Counted from the stretch's first letter, positions 36,881-48,020 are shown. The stretch: 64,000 nucleotides of DNA from an uncultured Verrucomicrobiae bacterium (GCA_963756875.1 CAVWPA010000001.1:640001-704000); one strand, 5' to 3'. Notes: a model not told the origin generated them from the sequence alone. Program-made: numbers and translations.

Positions 36881-38697
36881 CCGTCGCGCAAGCCGCGGAG
36901 AACACGCCGCCGTTGAGCAAATCCGATTGCGCCCAGTGCAAGCGCCGCGACAAGCCAGGTGCTGGGCTCGGGAACGGGAACAATCTCGTAGAAGCCGTTG
37001 CCCAACGCAATTTGTGTGGCAGATATTCCGCCGAAACTAAAGTCACCTAGATTCCCAGCCAGAGCCTGATCTGATTGAAGATCAGACGGTCGTCTGTGTT
37101 ATCAACACCCGAGATCCCGCTTGGTGCGAAAGCACTGCTGGTCCAATTAAAATGTCCAACACATTCGAATTCGGGACAAAACTTGCAAAAGTGAGTGTGC
37201 CGACTCCACCGGTTCCGAAATCCAGCGTGGAATTCAGTCTCAACGTTAACGCCCCCAGTCCGACAGCGCTTGTTCCCGTGTGACTCGCACCGCCATCAGT
37301 CGTGCTGGCCCCTGTACCTTCGCTGGCCGTCCCAGTTCGTGCCAAAGTTCCCGCAGCGCCTGCGATGGTGCCGAGTGCGATTCCCGCAAGAAATCAGTGA
37401 CGCGATTGAGATTTCCCGTGCCGCTCAAGAGAAGTGTCCCGCCGCTATTGACGGTAACTCCGGAAGTCGATGCGAGCGCGCCGGACGCCGCCGCCTCTAG
37501 CGTGCCACCGTCTACGCTGGTGGTGCCGGAGTAGGTATTGTTACCTTGGTAAATTACCGTTCCGACACCGAGTTTTTGAACATTGTTCGTGTTGCCATTA
37601 TTGTTCGTAATTTGGCCCGTGACAGTTTTCGTTTCGCCGGTGTTCGCTGTGTACGTAATCGTGGCAAGATCGGCAACTGAAACGCTTCCAAAAAAGGCGT
37701 CACTATTGTTCCAGCCGCGGTTAAAGAAAGAAAAGCTGTCGAGAGAGGCCCCCGGATATTCCGCCTAAAGTGACCCGACATTGTAAACTGCCCCGCCACC
37801 TGAAACGGTGAAATTGTACTCGTTGGTGGATACGAGCGTGAATGTATAAGTTAGTCCGCCAGCGAATGAGCGATCCAGGTAAACCCGCACTCTGGGTGCC
37901 GCTATCGTAAATCTTAGCGGAGCTGTCGCCCCCGGTATAATGAATATTCGAAGCGACCTCCGGAATTGTAGTCCTGTTAACGCTGGAGGCGCTTGTTCCA
38001 TTGTTCAGACTGAACCCAATTGAACGGCCCTGTATGCCGGGACTTGAACTCCCGTTCATGGTGACAAATACCTGGAATGACTGACCTACTTGAAGCGAAA
38101 TCTGAGTACCCCCAAGCGAACCATCCGTTGTAAAAGGATGGAACACCACAGCCTGAGAATACTACCAAAGTTGCCGTTTCCCCATTAGCGTAAAGCCGGG
38201 TTGCTTCCACTCGTCTGCTCAGGCGCCAGCATATGGCGCGGAAAAATTATCTTGAGTCTGTATCGTAAAATTACTTGTCGAGCTCGTGTCGGTCCGAGAG
38301 TCGTCGACTGTATGGTATCACCTCCTCCGCCGCCGTGGATCGGGATGGGCAAGATGTTATCGCCGCCGCCGCCGCCGCTTACTGGCGGAATTGGTTGGAT
38401 GTTATCGCCGCCTGAGCCTCCGCCGCTAACCGGCGAGAGGCTGGTTGATCCTCCTCCGCCAGAGGCTACGGCGGACAAGGAGGACGTTGAAGCGTTAACG
38501 GGTTGAAGCGTTGAATCGGAGGAGCTTGAAGAAGCTTTGCGGGCTTTGACGAGATCGCGAGCATCATTCGACTCCGCTGGTTGCGCGCCCGCGAAGAGAG
38601 TTACGCTGCTGCAAATCAGCAGAAATGGGACAACAAGACCACGGACAACGGACCGAACGGACCACGGGAAAGCGGGGTGCCGTGCGAGTGCACACAA
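36841..38697 (-). CDS. PEP-CTERM module A with autotransporter-associated beta-strand repeat (multiple frameshifts)
   Basis: Signal peptide (LVVPFLLICSSVTLFAGAQP); VQKLGVGTVIYQGNNTYSGTTSVDGGTL; LTLRLNSTLDFG; FYEIVPVPEPSTWLVAALALGAIGFAQRRR at 36900-36990. Confidence 0.7.
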
Positions 38698-38839
38698 CGC
38701 GCGTAAACCCTGTGTAAGGCGGTATCCACTTTTTAGGGACTTTTTAAGGGGCTAATCGGAACAATTTCTCTACCGCGCGATCACATCAATTTCAGAGGGA
38801 AAAGTCAATCCAAATTTTGCCTGAAATTCCAGAAAATTT

Positions 38840-39135
38840 GACCACGGATTTCACGGATTTTGGCGGATGGGATTTTGCTTCGCGGTAAGGGGTAAGGGCG
38901 AAGGGCGAAGGGCGAAGGGCGAAGCGGTAAGGGGTAAGGGGTAAGGGCGAAGGGAAGAGAGCATGGAGCACGGAGCGTGGAGCGGGGAGACTCAAGGGGT
39001 AAGCGGGAAGGGGGAAGGGCGAAGCAGAAAACGCCTCTCCGAACCGTATGGCTCTACGAGTAGGAGGCGAACGCTCAATTCCGAAATCAGATTTTCACAG
39101 AAGGAAACTAAGGGAACGAAGGCGAAGGGAAAGAA
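38840..39135. repeat. Composite 7-nt/9-nt tandem repeat block
   Basis: (CACGGATTT)2, (AAGGGGT/AAGGGCG)n, (GGAGCA/C)n, TTCACAGAAGGAAAC(T)AAGGGAACGAAGG. Confidence 0.8.
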
Positions 39136-39178
39136 GCGTCGGATTTCTGCATTTCAGCAGATGCTGCACGGCGAATGA

Positions 39179-39484
39179 TCACTTCCCGGGTTCGCTTAAT
39201 CGGTCTTTCCAGTTCTGCGGCTTTCTCGAAGCGTGAAAAACCGCCACGACGTGAACGGTTTCTTGCAGGATAATGTAGAAGACGGAGAAAGGGAACCGAC
39301 GCGTTATCGCCTGTCGCACATTATCGTGCACGACGGGATACATTTCCGGATGCCTCTTAATCTGGTCGAGACTAGCCTCTATGGCGCGAATGAACTCAGC
39401 ACCAAGTCCTCTGTCGCGTTCTTCATACCATTGATATGCTTCGGCAAGATCGAGTTGCGCTTCGGGTCTGAAGATGATTATCAC
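39179..39484 (-). CDS. RelE/ParE family toxin
   Basis: FRPEAQLDLAEAYQWYE...LGAEF...RRFPFSVFY...VVAVFHASRKP; GTG overlaps the antitoxin stop. Confidence 0.88.
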   Translation of the reverse strand: MIIIFRPEAQLDLAEAYQWYEERDRGLGAEFIRAIEASLDQIKRHPEMYPVVHDNVRQAITRRFPFSVFYIILQETVHVVAVFHASRKPQNWKDRLSEPGK

Positions 39485-39702
39485 GGCGCTTCGAGAACCC
39501 GCCGCTTGACCTCTTCCCATGGAGATCCCGCTTCAGGATTCTTGCGAAGAGCCTCGAGGCGACGATCCAGTTCTGCGCGCTGAGCGTCGGTAAGAGGAGG
39601 TCGAGTTTGCGTCGTGGCGATTGAATCCCAAATATCTTCAACCAGCTGAATCCGCTCCGAAACGCTCAAATCGAGGAGATCTGCCGCAGAAATTTTGCTC
39701 AT
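39481..39702 (-). CDS. Addiction-module antitoxin component (TIGR02574-like)
   Basis: LSVSERIQLVEDIWDSI...LTDAQRAELDRRL...PWEEVK. Confidence 0.88.
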   Translation of the reverse strand: MSKISAADLLDLSVSERIQLVEDIWDSIATTQTRPPLTDAQRAELDRRLEALRKNPEAGSPWEEVKRRVLEAP

Positions 39703-39821
39703 GAAGCCAAATCGTATCATCCGAGAACCCGCAGGGCAAGATTCGCATAGTGAAAGTGCGCAGGGAAGTCAGACGTCAGAAATTCTAAAAAACTGAAAAG
39801 TCCGCCTGCGAAGCGGAACGA

Positions 39822-40320
39822 CCCCGAAGGCTTTCGGGGCTGAAACGGATGTTTCACAGAAGGAAACGAAGGGAACGAAGGGGGAGGAACGCAAAGCGGT
39901 AAGGGCGAAGGAAGGGCGAGGGGAAGCGGTAAGGGGTAAGGGGAAGGGCGAAGGGAAGAGAGCATGGAGCACGGAGCGTGGAGCGGGGAGGCCTCAAGGG
40001 GTAAGCGGTAAGGGGGAAGGGCAGGGAAAAACCACCAAATTCCAAGCACCAAACCTCAGGGAAACTTCAAGCTCCAAGCTTCAAGGGTTACGGAGCGGCG
40101 GGGATGCAGAGAGGTAAGGGGTAAGGGCTAAGGGCGAAGGGCACGGAGCATGGAGCGGGGAGCATGGAGCGGGCGGAAAAGCATTCTCACAGAAGGCAAC
40201 GAAGGGAACGAAGGGGGAGGAACGCAAAGCGGTAAGGGGCAAGGGCTGGGAAAAACCCCAAGCTCGCCGCGGCGAGTCCGTCCTGTGGCGGCAGAGCGCC
40301 GTGGCTACACCGACGGCCAG
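39822..40320. repeat. Composite repeat block between two TA modules
   Basis: Contains copies of 38943-39006 (at 39944-40008) and of 40937-41077 (at 40016-40156), CCCCGAAGGCTTTCGGGG hairpin and a REP half (CGTGGCTACA). Confidence 0.85.
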
Positions 40321-40401
40321 GCCAAGAGGTAAGCCGTCTTCTGTGCCGGTCCTCGATATGTAAAAAAGTATGGATATTTATCAATATCACTTTAGGTTCT
40401 G

Positions 40402-40677
40402 ATGGTGAGGTTTGAATGGGACGAAAAAAAGGAGGCAGCCAACATCGCCAAGCACGGCGTCGATTTCACGGAGGTGCAACGCGCGTTTTTGGATCCGCGT
40501 CGACTGGTTTTCGAGGATCGCGCCCATAGCGGGAACGAGCCGCGTCTGCTGTGCATCGGCAAAACGGCCCGCGGAATTTTGAGCGTCCGTTACACACGTC
40601 GAGACGGACGTCTTCGTATCATCGGCGCGGGTTACTGGAGAAAGGGCAGGAAAATGTATGAGAAAGAAAACGGTTAA
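40402..40677 (+). CDS. BrnT family toxin
   Basis: FEWDEKKEAANIAKHGVDF...HSGNEPR...RIIGA. Confidence 0.88.
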   Translation: MVRFEWDEKKEAANIAKHGVDFTEVQRAFLDPRRLVFEDRAHSGNEPRLLCIGKTARGILSVRYTRRDGRLRIIGAGYWRKGRKMYEKENG

Positions 40678-40909
40678 ATACACAGACGATAAAGGCGAGC
40701 TCACGGGCGATTGGCATCGCATCAAGGACGATCTGCCTTCGCCGGATGAACTCGCAGGCGAAATCAGCAAGCGAACTAAAATTACCCTTGAGCTGGACGA
40801 TGAGGCTCTGGCGTTTTTCAAACGCGAGGCGAACCGAAGGCACACCAGCTACCAACGAATGATCCGGAATCTTGTCCGATCGTACGCCAGGGCAGCGTCT
40901 TCTCGCTAA
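40658..40909 (+). CDS. BrnA/CopG-like antitoxin
   Basis: DDLPSPDEL...KITLELD..LAFFK..A.....SYQRMIRNL; overlaps toxin 3' end. Confidence 0.82.
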   Translation: MRKKTVKYTDDKGELTGDWHRIKDDLPSPDELAGEISKRTKITLELDDEALAFFKREANRRHTSYQRMIRNLVRSYARAASSR

Positions 40910-40914
40910 AAGAG

Positions 40915-41298
40915 CAAAGCGGCAAGCGGTAAGGGCGAAGGGCAGGGAAAAGCCACCAAATTCCAAGCACCAAACCTCAGGGAAACTTCAAGCTCCAAGC
41001 TTCAAGGGTCACGGAGCGGCGGGGATGCAGAGAGGTAAGGGGTAAGGGGTAAGGGCGAAGGGCACGGAGCATGGAGCATGGAGCATGGAGCGGGGAGCAT
41101 GGAGCATGGAGCAGGGAGCAGGGGGAAGGCGGAAAAGCATTCTCACAGAAGGCAACGAAGGCAACGAAGGGGGAGGAACGCAAAGCGGTAAGGGCTAAGG
41201 GCAGGGAGCATGGAGCAGGGGGAAGGCGGAAAAGCATTCTCACAGAAGGCAACGAAGGCAACGAAGGGGGAGGAACGCAAAGCGGTAAGGGCGAAGGG
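40915..41298. repeat. Composite repeat block (direct copy of 40016-40240 with an extra unit)
   Basis: CCACCAAATTCCAAGCACCAAACCTCAGGGAAACTTCAAGCTCCAAGCTTCAAGG...; two copies of GGCGGAAAAGCATTCTCACAGAAGGCAACGAAGGCAACGAAGGGGGAGGAACGCAAAGCGGTAAGGG. Confidence 0.85.
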
Positions 41299-41319
41299 TG
41301 GTTCGCGGAGCGCAGGGAG

Positions 41320-41655
41320 CTACGGCGTAACGGACAAGGGCGTTGCCGCGGGGCCTGGCGACGGCGCGGGATGCTCGAAACTGATGCGGTATTTTGTGAC
41401 CAACGCGCGCGCGTCATCGTCGCTCTGCGAAACATTCACCAGATCGCGCGCCAGCAGTTCGAGCCCATGCTGGATCTTCTTCGATTCTTCAACCGCTCGC
41501 GTCTGTTGTTCGCGCAACCGCTGACCATTAAGACGCGTCTGGTTTCCAATCCACAACTGCCACCCCAGGATAGCAATCAGGCTGATGGCGATTAAGACGA
41601 ACGGGAAAAAACTGCTGCTGCGAATCCGGTTCGGTTGTGACGTCGTCTCGGGCAT
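41320..41655 (-). CDS. Small membrane-anchored coiled-coil protein
   Basis: N-terminal TM, Gln-rich coil, LARDL...ARALVTKYRI. Confidence 0.7.
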   Translation of the reverse strand: MPETTSQPNRIRSSSFFPFVLIAISLIAILGWQLWIGNQTRLNGQRLREQQTRAVEESKKIQHGLELLARDLVNVSQSDDDARALVTKYRISFEHPAPSPGPAATPLSVTP

Positions 41656-42120
41656 GGGGAGGGGAATTGTTAGTCGTTATCAGTTATCAGGTTATCGGTT
41701 ATCGGAAGAATCTCACAGAAGGAAACGAAGGGCCAAGCGTCAAGGGGTAAGGGCAAGGGAAAGTAGAAAGCAGTCTCACAGAAGGAAACTCCGAAAGCTT
41801 TCGCGAGCAGGCGAAGGTAACAAAGGGGTAAGTGGTAAGGGCGAAGAAAACGCCGAACGCCGAAGTCAGAACGTTTCTTTGTCTTGTCACTCATCACTGT
41901 GTCACTTGGGAAGGCAGATCTGCAAAAGAGTTGGAACTTGGAGCTTTGGAATTTCTCTGGTGCTTGGTGCTTGGAACTTGGGGTTTCGCAGCGCGGCTGC
42001 GCGCTGCCTTCGGTTATCTGTTATCAGTTCTCTGTTCTCTGTTTCTCGTCCTGTCTCTGTCCTGTCCTCTGTCCTCTGTCCTCTGTCCTCTGTCCTCTCC
42101 TCTGTCACCTGGGTGTCGGA

Positions 42121-42387
42121 CTAGGTGGGCGAATTTTCTTTCAGCCTGAACCCGTGGCGAGTAAGTAGATCGCGCAGTGTTTGGTTCTTTTCGGCCGCTG
42201 CGGCAATGTCGCGTACAAGGGTCGTGCCGACCTGCTGGCCGTGAATCCCCTTATTGATTTCTATTTGCTGCGCCTGCAGTTCGACTTGCAGATCTTGATT
42301 TGATTTGCTGGAAACGATCACGGCGCCGCTCAGGCCGACACAGATCAGGCCGAGTATCACTGCGAAAACAAATTGCCAGCGAGCCAT
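42121..42387 (-). CDS. Small membrane-anchored coiled-coil protein, similar in layout to 41320-41655
   Basis: N-terminal TM, LQVELQAQQIEIN, LVRDIA...LRDLLTRHGF. Confidence 0.72.
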   Translation of the reverse strand: MARWQFVFAVILGLICVGLSGAVIVSSKSNQDLQVELQAQQIEINKGIHGQQVGTTLVRDIAAAAEKNQTLRDLLTRHGFRLKENSPT

Positions 42388-42435
42388 TGAGAGGAATTAA
42401 AGAAAAAAGCGGAAGTTAGAAAAGGAAAAAATAGG

Positions 42436-42622
42436 CGGCAGGGAGCACGGAGCAGGGAGCAGGGAGCAGGGAGCTGGGAGCTGGGAGCTGGGAGCTGGGA
42501 GCTGGGAGCTGGGAGCTGGGAGCTGGGAGCTGGGAGCTGGGAGCTGGGAGCTGGGAGCTGGGAACTGGGAACTGGGAGCTGGGAACTGGGAGCAGGGAAC
42601 TGGGAGCTGGGAGCTGGGAACT
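42436..42622. repeat. Long (GGGAGCT/GGGAACT/GGGAGCA)n heptamer array
   Basis: More than 20 consecutive 7-nt units. Confidence 0.9.
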
Positions 42623-43042
42623 GCCAAGCAGAAAACGCCCAACTCCGAAAGCTTTGATTCGTTTGCTGCCCGCTCTCTCACCCTCGCCCCTCGGGTTGTA
42701 TGATCTATGTCGCGGTGTCCCCACTCGCTCCATTCGCGAGCAGGCGCTCAACGCCGAACGCCGAAGACCGAAACGGATTTTTCACAAAAGTAAACGAAGC
42801 AAACGAAGGTCGGAGATCGGACGTCGGAGGTCAGCTTTCGGCGGTCGGATCGAAGTTCGTTGCGGCGAGGGCGCCGCAACCAACACCCGAGGCGGGTGTG
42901 CTCCCCGGAAGCGGAGATCAGAAGGTCCTATCCAGCCGCGAGCATCAAGCATCAAGCGCCTCTCCGAGCCCCTTAGCCCTTACCGCTTTGCCAGCGTTGT
43001 TACCGCTGGAATCGCAGGCGACACGCCTGCCTCTACAGGGTT

Positions 43043-44956
43043 TTAGTGCGCGGGTTGCGTTTCCTTGGGAAGAAAGGCGCGCTCTTCGGGGAGGAGCTGC
43101 TCGGGATGGAGATGGGCGAGCTCGGCCTGGGCTTCTTTTTTCTCGCCCGCTGCGAAGAGCACTGCCGCGTGCACTGCAATGGCCGAGGGACTCACCGCAT
43201 TCTTTGGGACCGTCAGGCCCCGGTAAAGCGCCAGCGCAGTGAACGGACGGTTTTGTTTCAGAAGCGCCAGTGCCAGCAACGTCCGATGCGGAAGGCTGGC
43301 CGGTTCCTCTTGCACGAGTTTCTCGCCGAGGCGCTCAATCTCTTCCAGCTCCGAAGAAGCTGAAAGAGACTGGTTATCAGTTATCGGTTCTTTGTTATCA
43401 GGAGGCTGGCTGTCCTCTGTCCTCTGTCCTGTGTTCTCTCTCCGAGCCGTAGGCTCTACAGAGCCGGAGGCTGTCTTCTCCGTCGAATCCAAGAGCAGCA
43501 GCCGCGTGTACGCTTCGTCGTTCTGCAGGCCGGTGTCGTTAGGCCAGATTTTCAACAAGTCCACGAGCGCGGCATGGATCTTTTTCGTGTCGCGACCTTC
43601 ATAAATCGTGCGCAACCGCCCCAGCTGTGCCGCGCGCGATTTGGGCGAGATCGTTGCCGCGGCATCGTAAGCGGTCGCCGCCACCTGATGCGCGCCGTTT
43701 TTCTCGGCGTAATCGCCGAGCATCAGCAGTTTGTTCACGTCGCCGGCTGCATCCTCGACCGCGCGTTGCCAGTTGTTATCGGCCCCTTTTTGCTGGCCTT
43801 GCTGCGCGTAACAGCGCGCCAGATACATGTCCTGAATCACCTGATCGAGCGGGAACCGTTCGTTCTCGAGAATTTTTCGAATGTCGTCCCAGCGGCCGAG
43901 CGCGCCGAGCGCGTCCACGTGTTGCAGGAAAAGCTCGCGCGTTTGGGTGGCGCGAGTGAGCGGAACGGTATCGAGAATACGCTGATATTCGCCGCGCCGG
44001 TAAAGCCAGGCGGACAGCGCGTACAAATCTTCGTTGCTCGCGCTTTTCCAGCGATCGATCGCGCGCTGCTCGATCTCTTGTTTCTGTTCGGGGTGCTCCG
44101 AAATATCGAGGTCCACCGCGATCAGCTTGTGCGCAATTTTCGCCCGCGGATGATTGTCGATGTCGTGAATCAACTGGTCGATTGGGATCGGCGACGAAAC
44201 TTTTGCATTAGCCGGCGTCGCGAGAACGTGTTGCGCGGTCACGATGAGCGCGTCGAGCGAGACATCGTCGTCGCCCTTGGCGAGCGCGGCCATGCGATCG
44301 CCAATCTGTTTGGGATCGCCCACCAGACTGGCTCCGCCGTTCTGGCCTACGGTGTCGAGGACGATTACCGCCCGCAATTGATCGCGTCGCGTCGCGCCCT
44401 TATCGGCCAAAACTCTTTGGGCGAGCTCGCTGGCTCGGTCGAACCGGCGTTTATCCAAAGAAACTTCCGCGGCCAGGAGAAGGTCCGCCGGGGCAGGTTT
44501 TGCGCCGGGATATTTGAGCAGATGTTCGACGGCGGTTTCCGCGGCGGCGAGATCTTTCACTTTTATCGCGAGCCCTGCTTCGTCGCGCAAATCCTGGCGG
44601 GTGAGCGTTGTCACCGCCGCCAGATTTTTCCAAAACTCGAGCGCATCCGCCTGTCCGGCGCGCGACAGCAAACGGGCGACGGCGCGAAGAGCCTGCGGCT
44701 CGTTAGGCTGGAGGCGGTACGCGGCGGTGGCTTCGTCCCGGGCTTCGCGCCATTTCTGTTGATCGAGGAAAGTAAACGCGCGCGCGGCGTGACGCCTTGC
44801 CTGCCAGCTTCGGATTCCGTTTCGCACGGGCCGCGCCACGAGAACTCCAACGACCGCGACGATCACCACGGCCAGCGCGATGAAGAGGATCCGGCGGCGT
44901 TTGCGTTTTCGATAACGCAGCTCTTCCGGGGTGAGCATGAAATCGCTTTTTGCCAT
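43043..44956 (-). CDS. Membrane-anchored TPR-like helical repeat protein downstream of exosortase
   Basis: Basic N-terminus + TM, Ala/Leu-rich helical repeats ([33 protein letters not shown]). Confidence 0.75.
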   Translation of the reverse strand: MAKSDFMLTPEELRYRKRKRRRILFIALAVVIVAVVGVLVARPVRNGIRSWQARRHAARAFTFLDQQKWREARDEATAAYRLQPNEPQALRAVARLLSRAGQADALEFWKNLAAVTTLTRQDLRDEAGLAIKVKDLAAAETAVEHLLKYPGAKPAPADLLLAAEVSLDKRRFDRASELAQRVLADKGATRRDQLRAVIVLDTVGQNGGASLVGDPKQIGDRMAALAKGDDDVSLDALIVTAQHVLATPANAKVSSPIPIDQLIHDIDNHPRAKIAHKLIAVDLDISEHPEQKQEIEQRAIDRWKSASNEDLYALSAWLYRRGEYQRILDTVPLTRATQTRELFLQHVDALGALGRWDDIRKILENERFPLDQVIQDMYLARCYAQQGQQKGADNNWQRAVEDAAGDVNKLLMLGDYAEKNGAHQVAATAYDAAATISPKSRAAQLGRLRTIYEGRDTKKIHAALVDLLKIWPNDTGLQNDEAYTRLLLLDSTEKTASGSVEPTARRENTGQRTEDSQPPDNKEPITDNQSLSASSELEEIERLGEKLVQEEPASLPHRTLLALALLKQNRPFTALALYRGLTVPKNAVSPSAIAVHAAVLFAAGEKKEAQAELAHLHPEQLLPEERAFLPKETQPAH

Positions 44957-45213
44957 GAAGGGAAGTTTTAAGTCTTAAGTTTTAAGCTTTAAGTAGAACC
45001 GCGGATTTCCCGCCACGGCGGGCATGGCGAATGACGAAAGAAGAAGAGAGAAAACGCCGAACGCCCAACACCGAACGTCCAACGTCCAATGGAAGACCAA
45101 GAAATGACGAATGGCGAAGGAGATCGCAGCCGACACGGCTGCCTCCACAGCGGCAACAGAAAAGAGGAGAAAGGCACGGATCAAAAACTCTGGAGAAAGG
45201 TCGTTTCCGGATT

Positions 45214-46980
45214 CTACTTTGTTTCGATCAGATTGGGAAGAAGCTTGGCGAATTGCTGGTCGGCGATGGAATCGTCGGCCTCCGGGGGTATCAACATGAT
45301 CAGTTCGAACACCTGTTGGCCGCGGTTGCGGATCCCGTTTCGCACGACACGCCAGCGGTCGGCCCAATCCCAATTGGAATACAAGCCGGCGGCTGCCCCG
45401 GCGCCCATTTCCGTTTTGTGAGCGACATCTTCGTGCAGAGTGAAAAACGCGACGGCGTGCAACGGCGGCCCGCCGCGGTTTGGCTTGACGAAATCGAATC
45501 GCCGGAAAGGAAGGGATCGATTCGGACCAACAAGGTAACTCTCGATTCGAGCCTTCCCCACTTCTCGCCAGCCGGCCGCCGGCAGACAGATGTCCGGCCG
45601 GTGCGCGCGCGCGCGCAAAATGGTTCCGCTGCCGGGGTTCCAACGGAAGAAGAAAAGATAATCAACGGCGGAACGGGGCGCCGCGGCGGGGCTGTTTTCT
45701 CTCGGGGTCCAGGCGACTTCGCGGCCCGAATCGAAGCGCAAAATGTTGCGCACTTCGCTGTCGATCTTTAGCTCGCGATAGCCCGGCTCATTGTTTGGCC
45801 ATCGCACAGACCATCCGGGCCTGACGACCAGGTCGCGTTCGTGGATCCGATACCAGAACTCCGCGCCAATCTCGGCTACGATCACCCACAAAAGGAGAGC
45901 GGCGGAAAAGTAGAAAGTAGAACGTAGAAAATTGAAACCCGAGGCTAACCTCCGGCCTCTGACCTCTGGCTCCGGCTCCGTAGAGGCGACGCCTCGGAGA
46001 GGCTTCTGATCTCCGTGCTCCAAGCTCCCAGCTCCCGGCTGATGATGCGTTTTCCACCGCGACGCGATCCACATTGTCCCGATAAAGACCAGCACCACGA
46101 TGGCGTAACCGGCGACATCGTGCCACCGGCTGAGTGCGGCGAGTCCGTCGGCCGACGCGATCCACACCAAAAAAGTCGCGCGCAAAAAATTGGCGAACAA
46201 CGCGATGGCGACCGCGCTGGCGATGAGAATGAAGCGGGGACCCAGGCGCAACCGTTTTAGCTCGCCGAAAAGAAGACCGATAGTCAGCGAGGTTTGAAGC
46301 GAGCGCACACCGCTGCAGGCTTCGTTCACCCCGACCAGTCCGTGCGGAAGCGCGATCAGGTTGCCTTGCACTTCCGCGGGAATGCCGAACAACGCCAATA
46401 CCTCGGCCGCGCTCGCCGCGATGATGCGCATGAGACCTTGCACAATCGGTTCCTCGATCGGCGTCGGCCACGGCACCGCCACGAAAAAGAAGAGCACCGG
46501 AAAACTGAAATGGCGGAGCCAGCGTGTTCCGCCGGCAAGATAAATCATCGACAGCGTGATGGTCGCCACAGCCGCGACGTGCACCCATCCGAGCGGCCGC
46601 CAATCGGCGCTGCCGATTTCAAAGATGCGCAGCGGCAACAAGATCAACGCCGCGCCGATGATCAGCGCAATCGCTGCCGATTTGGGATTTGGGGTTTGGG
46701 GTTCCGGGTTTTACCGGCTGGGCCGATCTTCCCAACGCAGCCAGAACAGGTATGCCGCGAAGAACGGGACGAACCAGCCGTAGTTATATTGTTCGTTAAA
46801 ACTCCATTCGTCGCTGAGATACCGGCAGACAACGAACCAGAGCGCGCCGAGGGCGAGCACGAGGAGAATAAAGGTCGTACGGTTGGGCGCGCGATCGGTT
46901 GCGACCAAATTTGTGCTGCTGGCAGACTCTACGGCGGATTGCGCGTCCAAGCCCAAATCATACGATGATTCTGCGTCCAC
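45214..46980 (-). CDS. Exosortase with C-terminal extracytoplasmic (EpsI-like) domain; frameshift near 46700
   Basis: WSFNEQYNYGWFVP (ORF 46711-47040); VNEACSGVRSL (Cys), ANFLR (Arg), WHD (His); HRPDICLPAAGW. Confidence 0.88.
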
Positions 46981-47132
46981 GAAAAACGGAAATAGTTGTC
47001 GCTTGTAGGGCGTGTGTGTCAAACGCCTGCAATTACCCACTCTGGTTTCAACATTGGACGTTGGGCGCCTGCCGCGCCGTAGCCTTGCGAAGGAGGGTTC
47101 GGCGTTGGACGTTGCAGCTGAACATTTCTCAA

Positions 47133-48020
47133 GTGCTTCCCACTCAACAGATTCTTGGAATTCGATTTTTCGACGGGAACGTCGATCAGGCGGTCGATCG
47201 CATGTTTCGCGACGGCGGATTTCTAGTCGCGCCGTCCGGGACTTGTTTCGCGCGGTTGCGCCGCGACGCGGCGTATCGCGACGCGGTGACTCAGGCCGAT
47301 GTCGCGATTCCCGACAGCGGCGCGATGGTTACTTTCTGGAAACTTTTTCGGGGACGCGCGCTGACCCGCATTTCCGGGCTGAAATATCTTCAACATGTGT
47401 GCGCGCGATTGTTTGCCGCAAAATCGCGAACCCTTTGGGTCCTGCCTAACGAACGCGCCCTGCAAAAGACCATAAAATGGTTACGTACAAATCAATTCGC
47501 AATCGACCAGGACGACTTTTACATCGCGCCAATGTACGCCGAGCCGGTGCAGGACCCCGGCCTGCTCGCACTGATCGAAACGCGCAGACCGGAGCACGTG
47601 ATCGTGGCGATCGGGAGCGGCCCGCAGGAAAAGCTGGGCCATTATTTGCGCGATCGTTTGAGTTACCGGCCGGCCATTCATTGCATCGGCGCTGCGCTCG
47701 GATTTCTGACCGGCGACCAGATCAAAATTCCCGACTGGGCGGACCGGCTTTATCTTGGCTGGTTCCTTCGATTGCTTGCACAGCCGCGCGTTTTTATTCC
47801 GCGACTGACGCGCGCGGCACAATTACCGCTGCTCATTTATCGCTATGGAGAGAAATCCGCCGCCGCTCGCGGCAGCGCAGAGGACAGAGGACAGAGGACA
47901 GAGGACAGAGGACAGAGGACAGAGGACAGAGGACAGAGGACAGAGGACAGAAAACAGCTGACAAAAGACCGGGAAAGACGAAGTAACAGGCTATGCAAAT
48001 CGAATCAGCAAAAGATTTGA
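47133..48020 (+). CDS. WecB/TagA/CpsF family glycosyltransferase (true 3' end probably near 47880; ORF runs into heptamer repeat)
   Basis: ADVAIPDSGAM, RISGLKYL, YIAPMY, VAIGSGPQEK, CIGAALGFLTG, LGWFLRL..QPR. Confidence 0.82.
   Translation: MLPTQQILGIRFFDGNVDQAVDRMFRDGGFLVAPSGTCFARLRRDAAYRDAVTQADVAIPDSGAMVTFWKLFRGRALTRISGLKYLQHVCARLFAAKSRTLWVLPNERALQKTIKWLRTNQFAIDQDDFYIAPMYAEPVQDPGLLALIETRRPEHVIVAIGSGPQEKLGHYLRDRLSYRPAIHCIGAALGFLTGDQIKIPDWADRLYLGWFLRLLAQPRVFIPRLTRAAQLPLLIYRYGEKSAAARGSAEDRGQRTEDRGQRTEDRGQRTEDRKQLTKDRERRSNRLCKSNQQKI
47877..47951 (+). repeat. (CAGAGGA)n heptamer array; inverted counterpart (TCCTCTG)n at 48420-48478
   Basis: About 10 perfect units upstream of the four-helix-bundle gene. 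Confidence 0.9.

Noticed and set aside
38840..42620. Possible CRISPR array
   Set aside because: Repeats are tandem heptamers or long composite blocks without unique equal-length spacers; no cas genes.
42397..42751. ORFs with PAPSSQL repeats (also 39717-40390, 40977-41595, 41585-42168)
   Set aside because: Translations of non-coding heptamer arrays.
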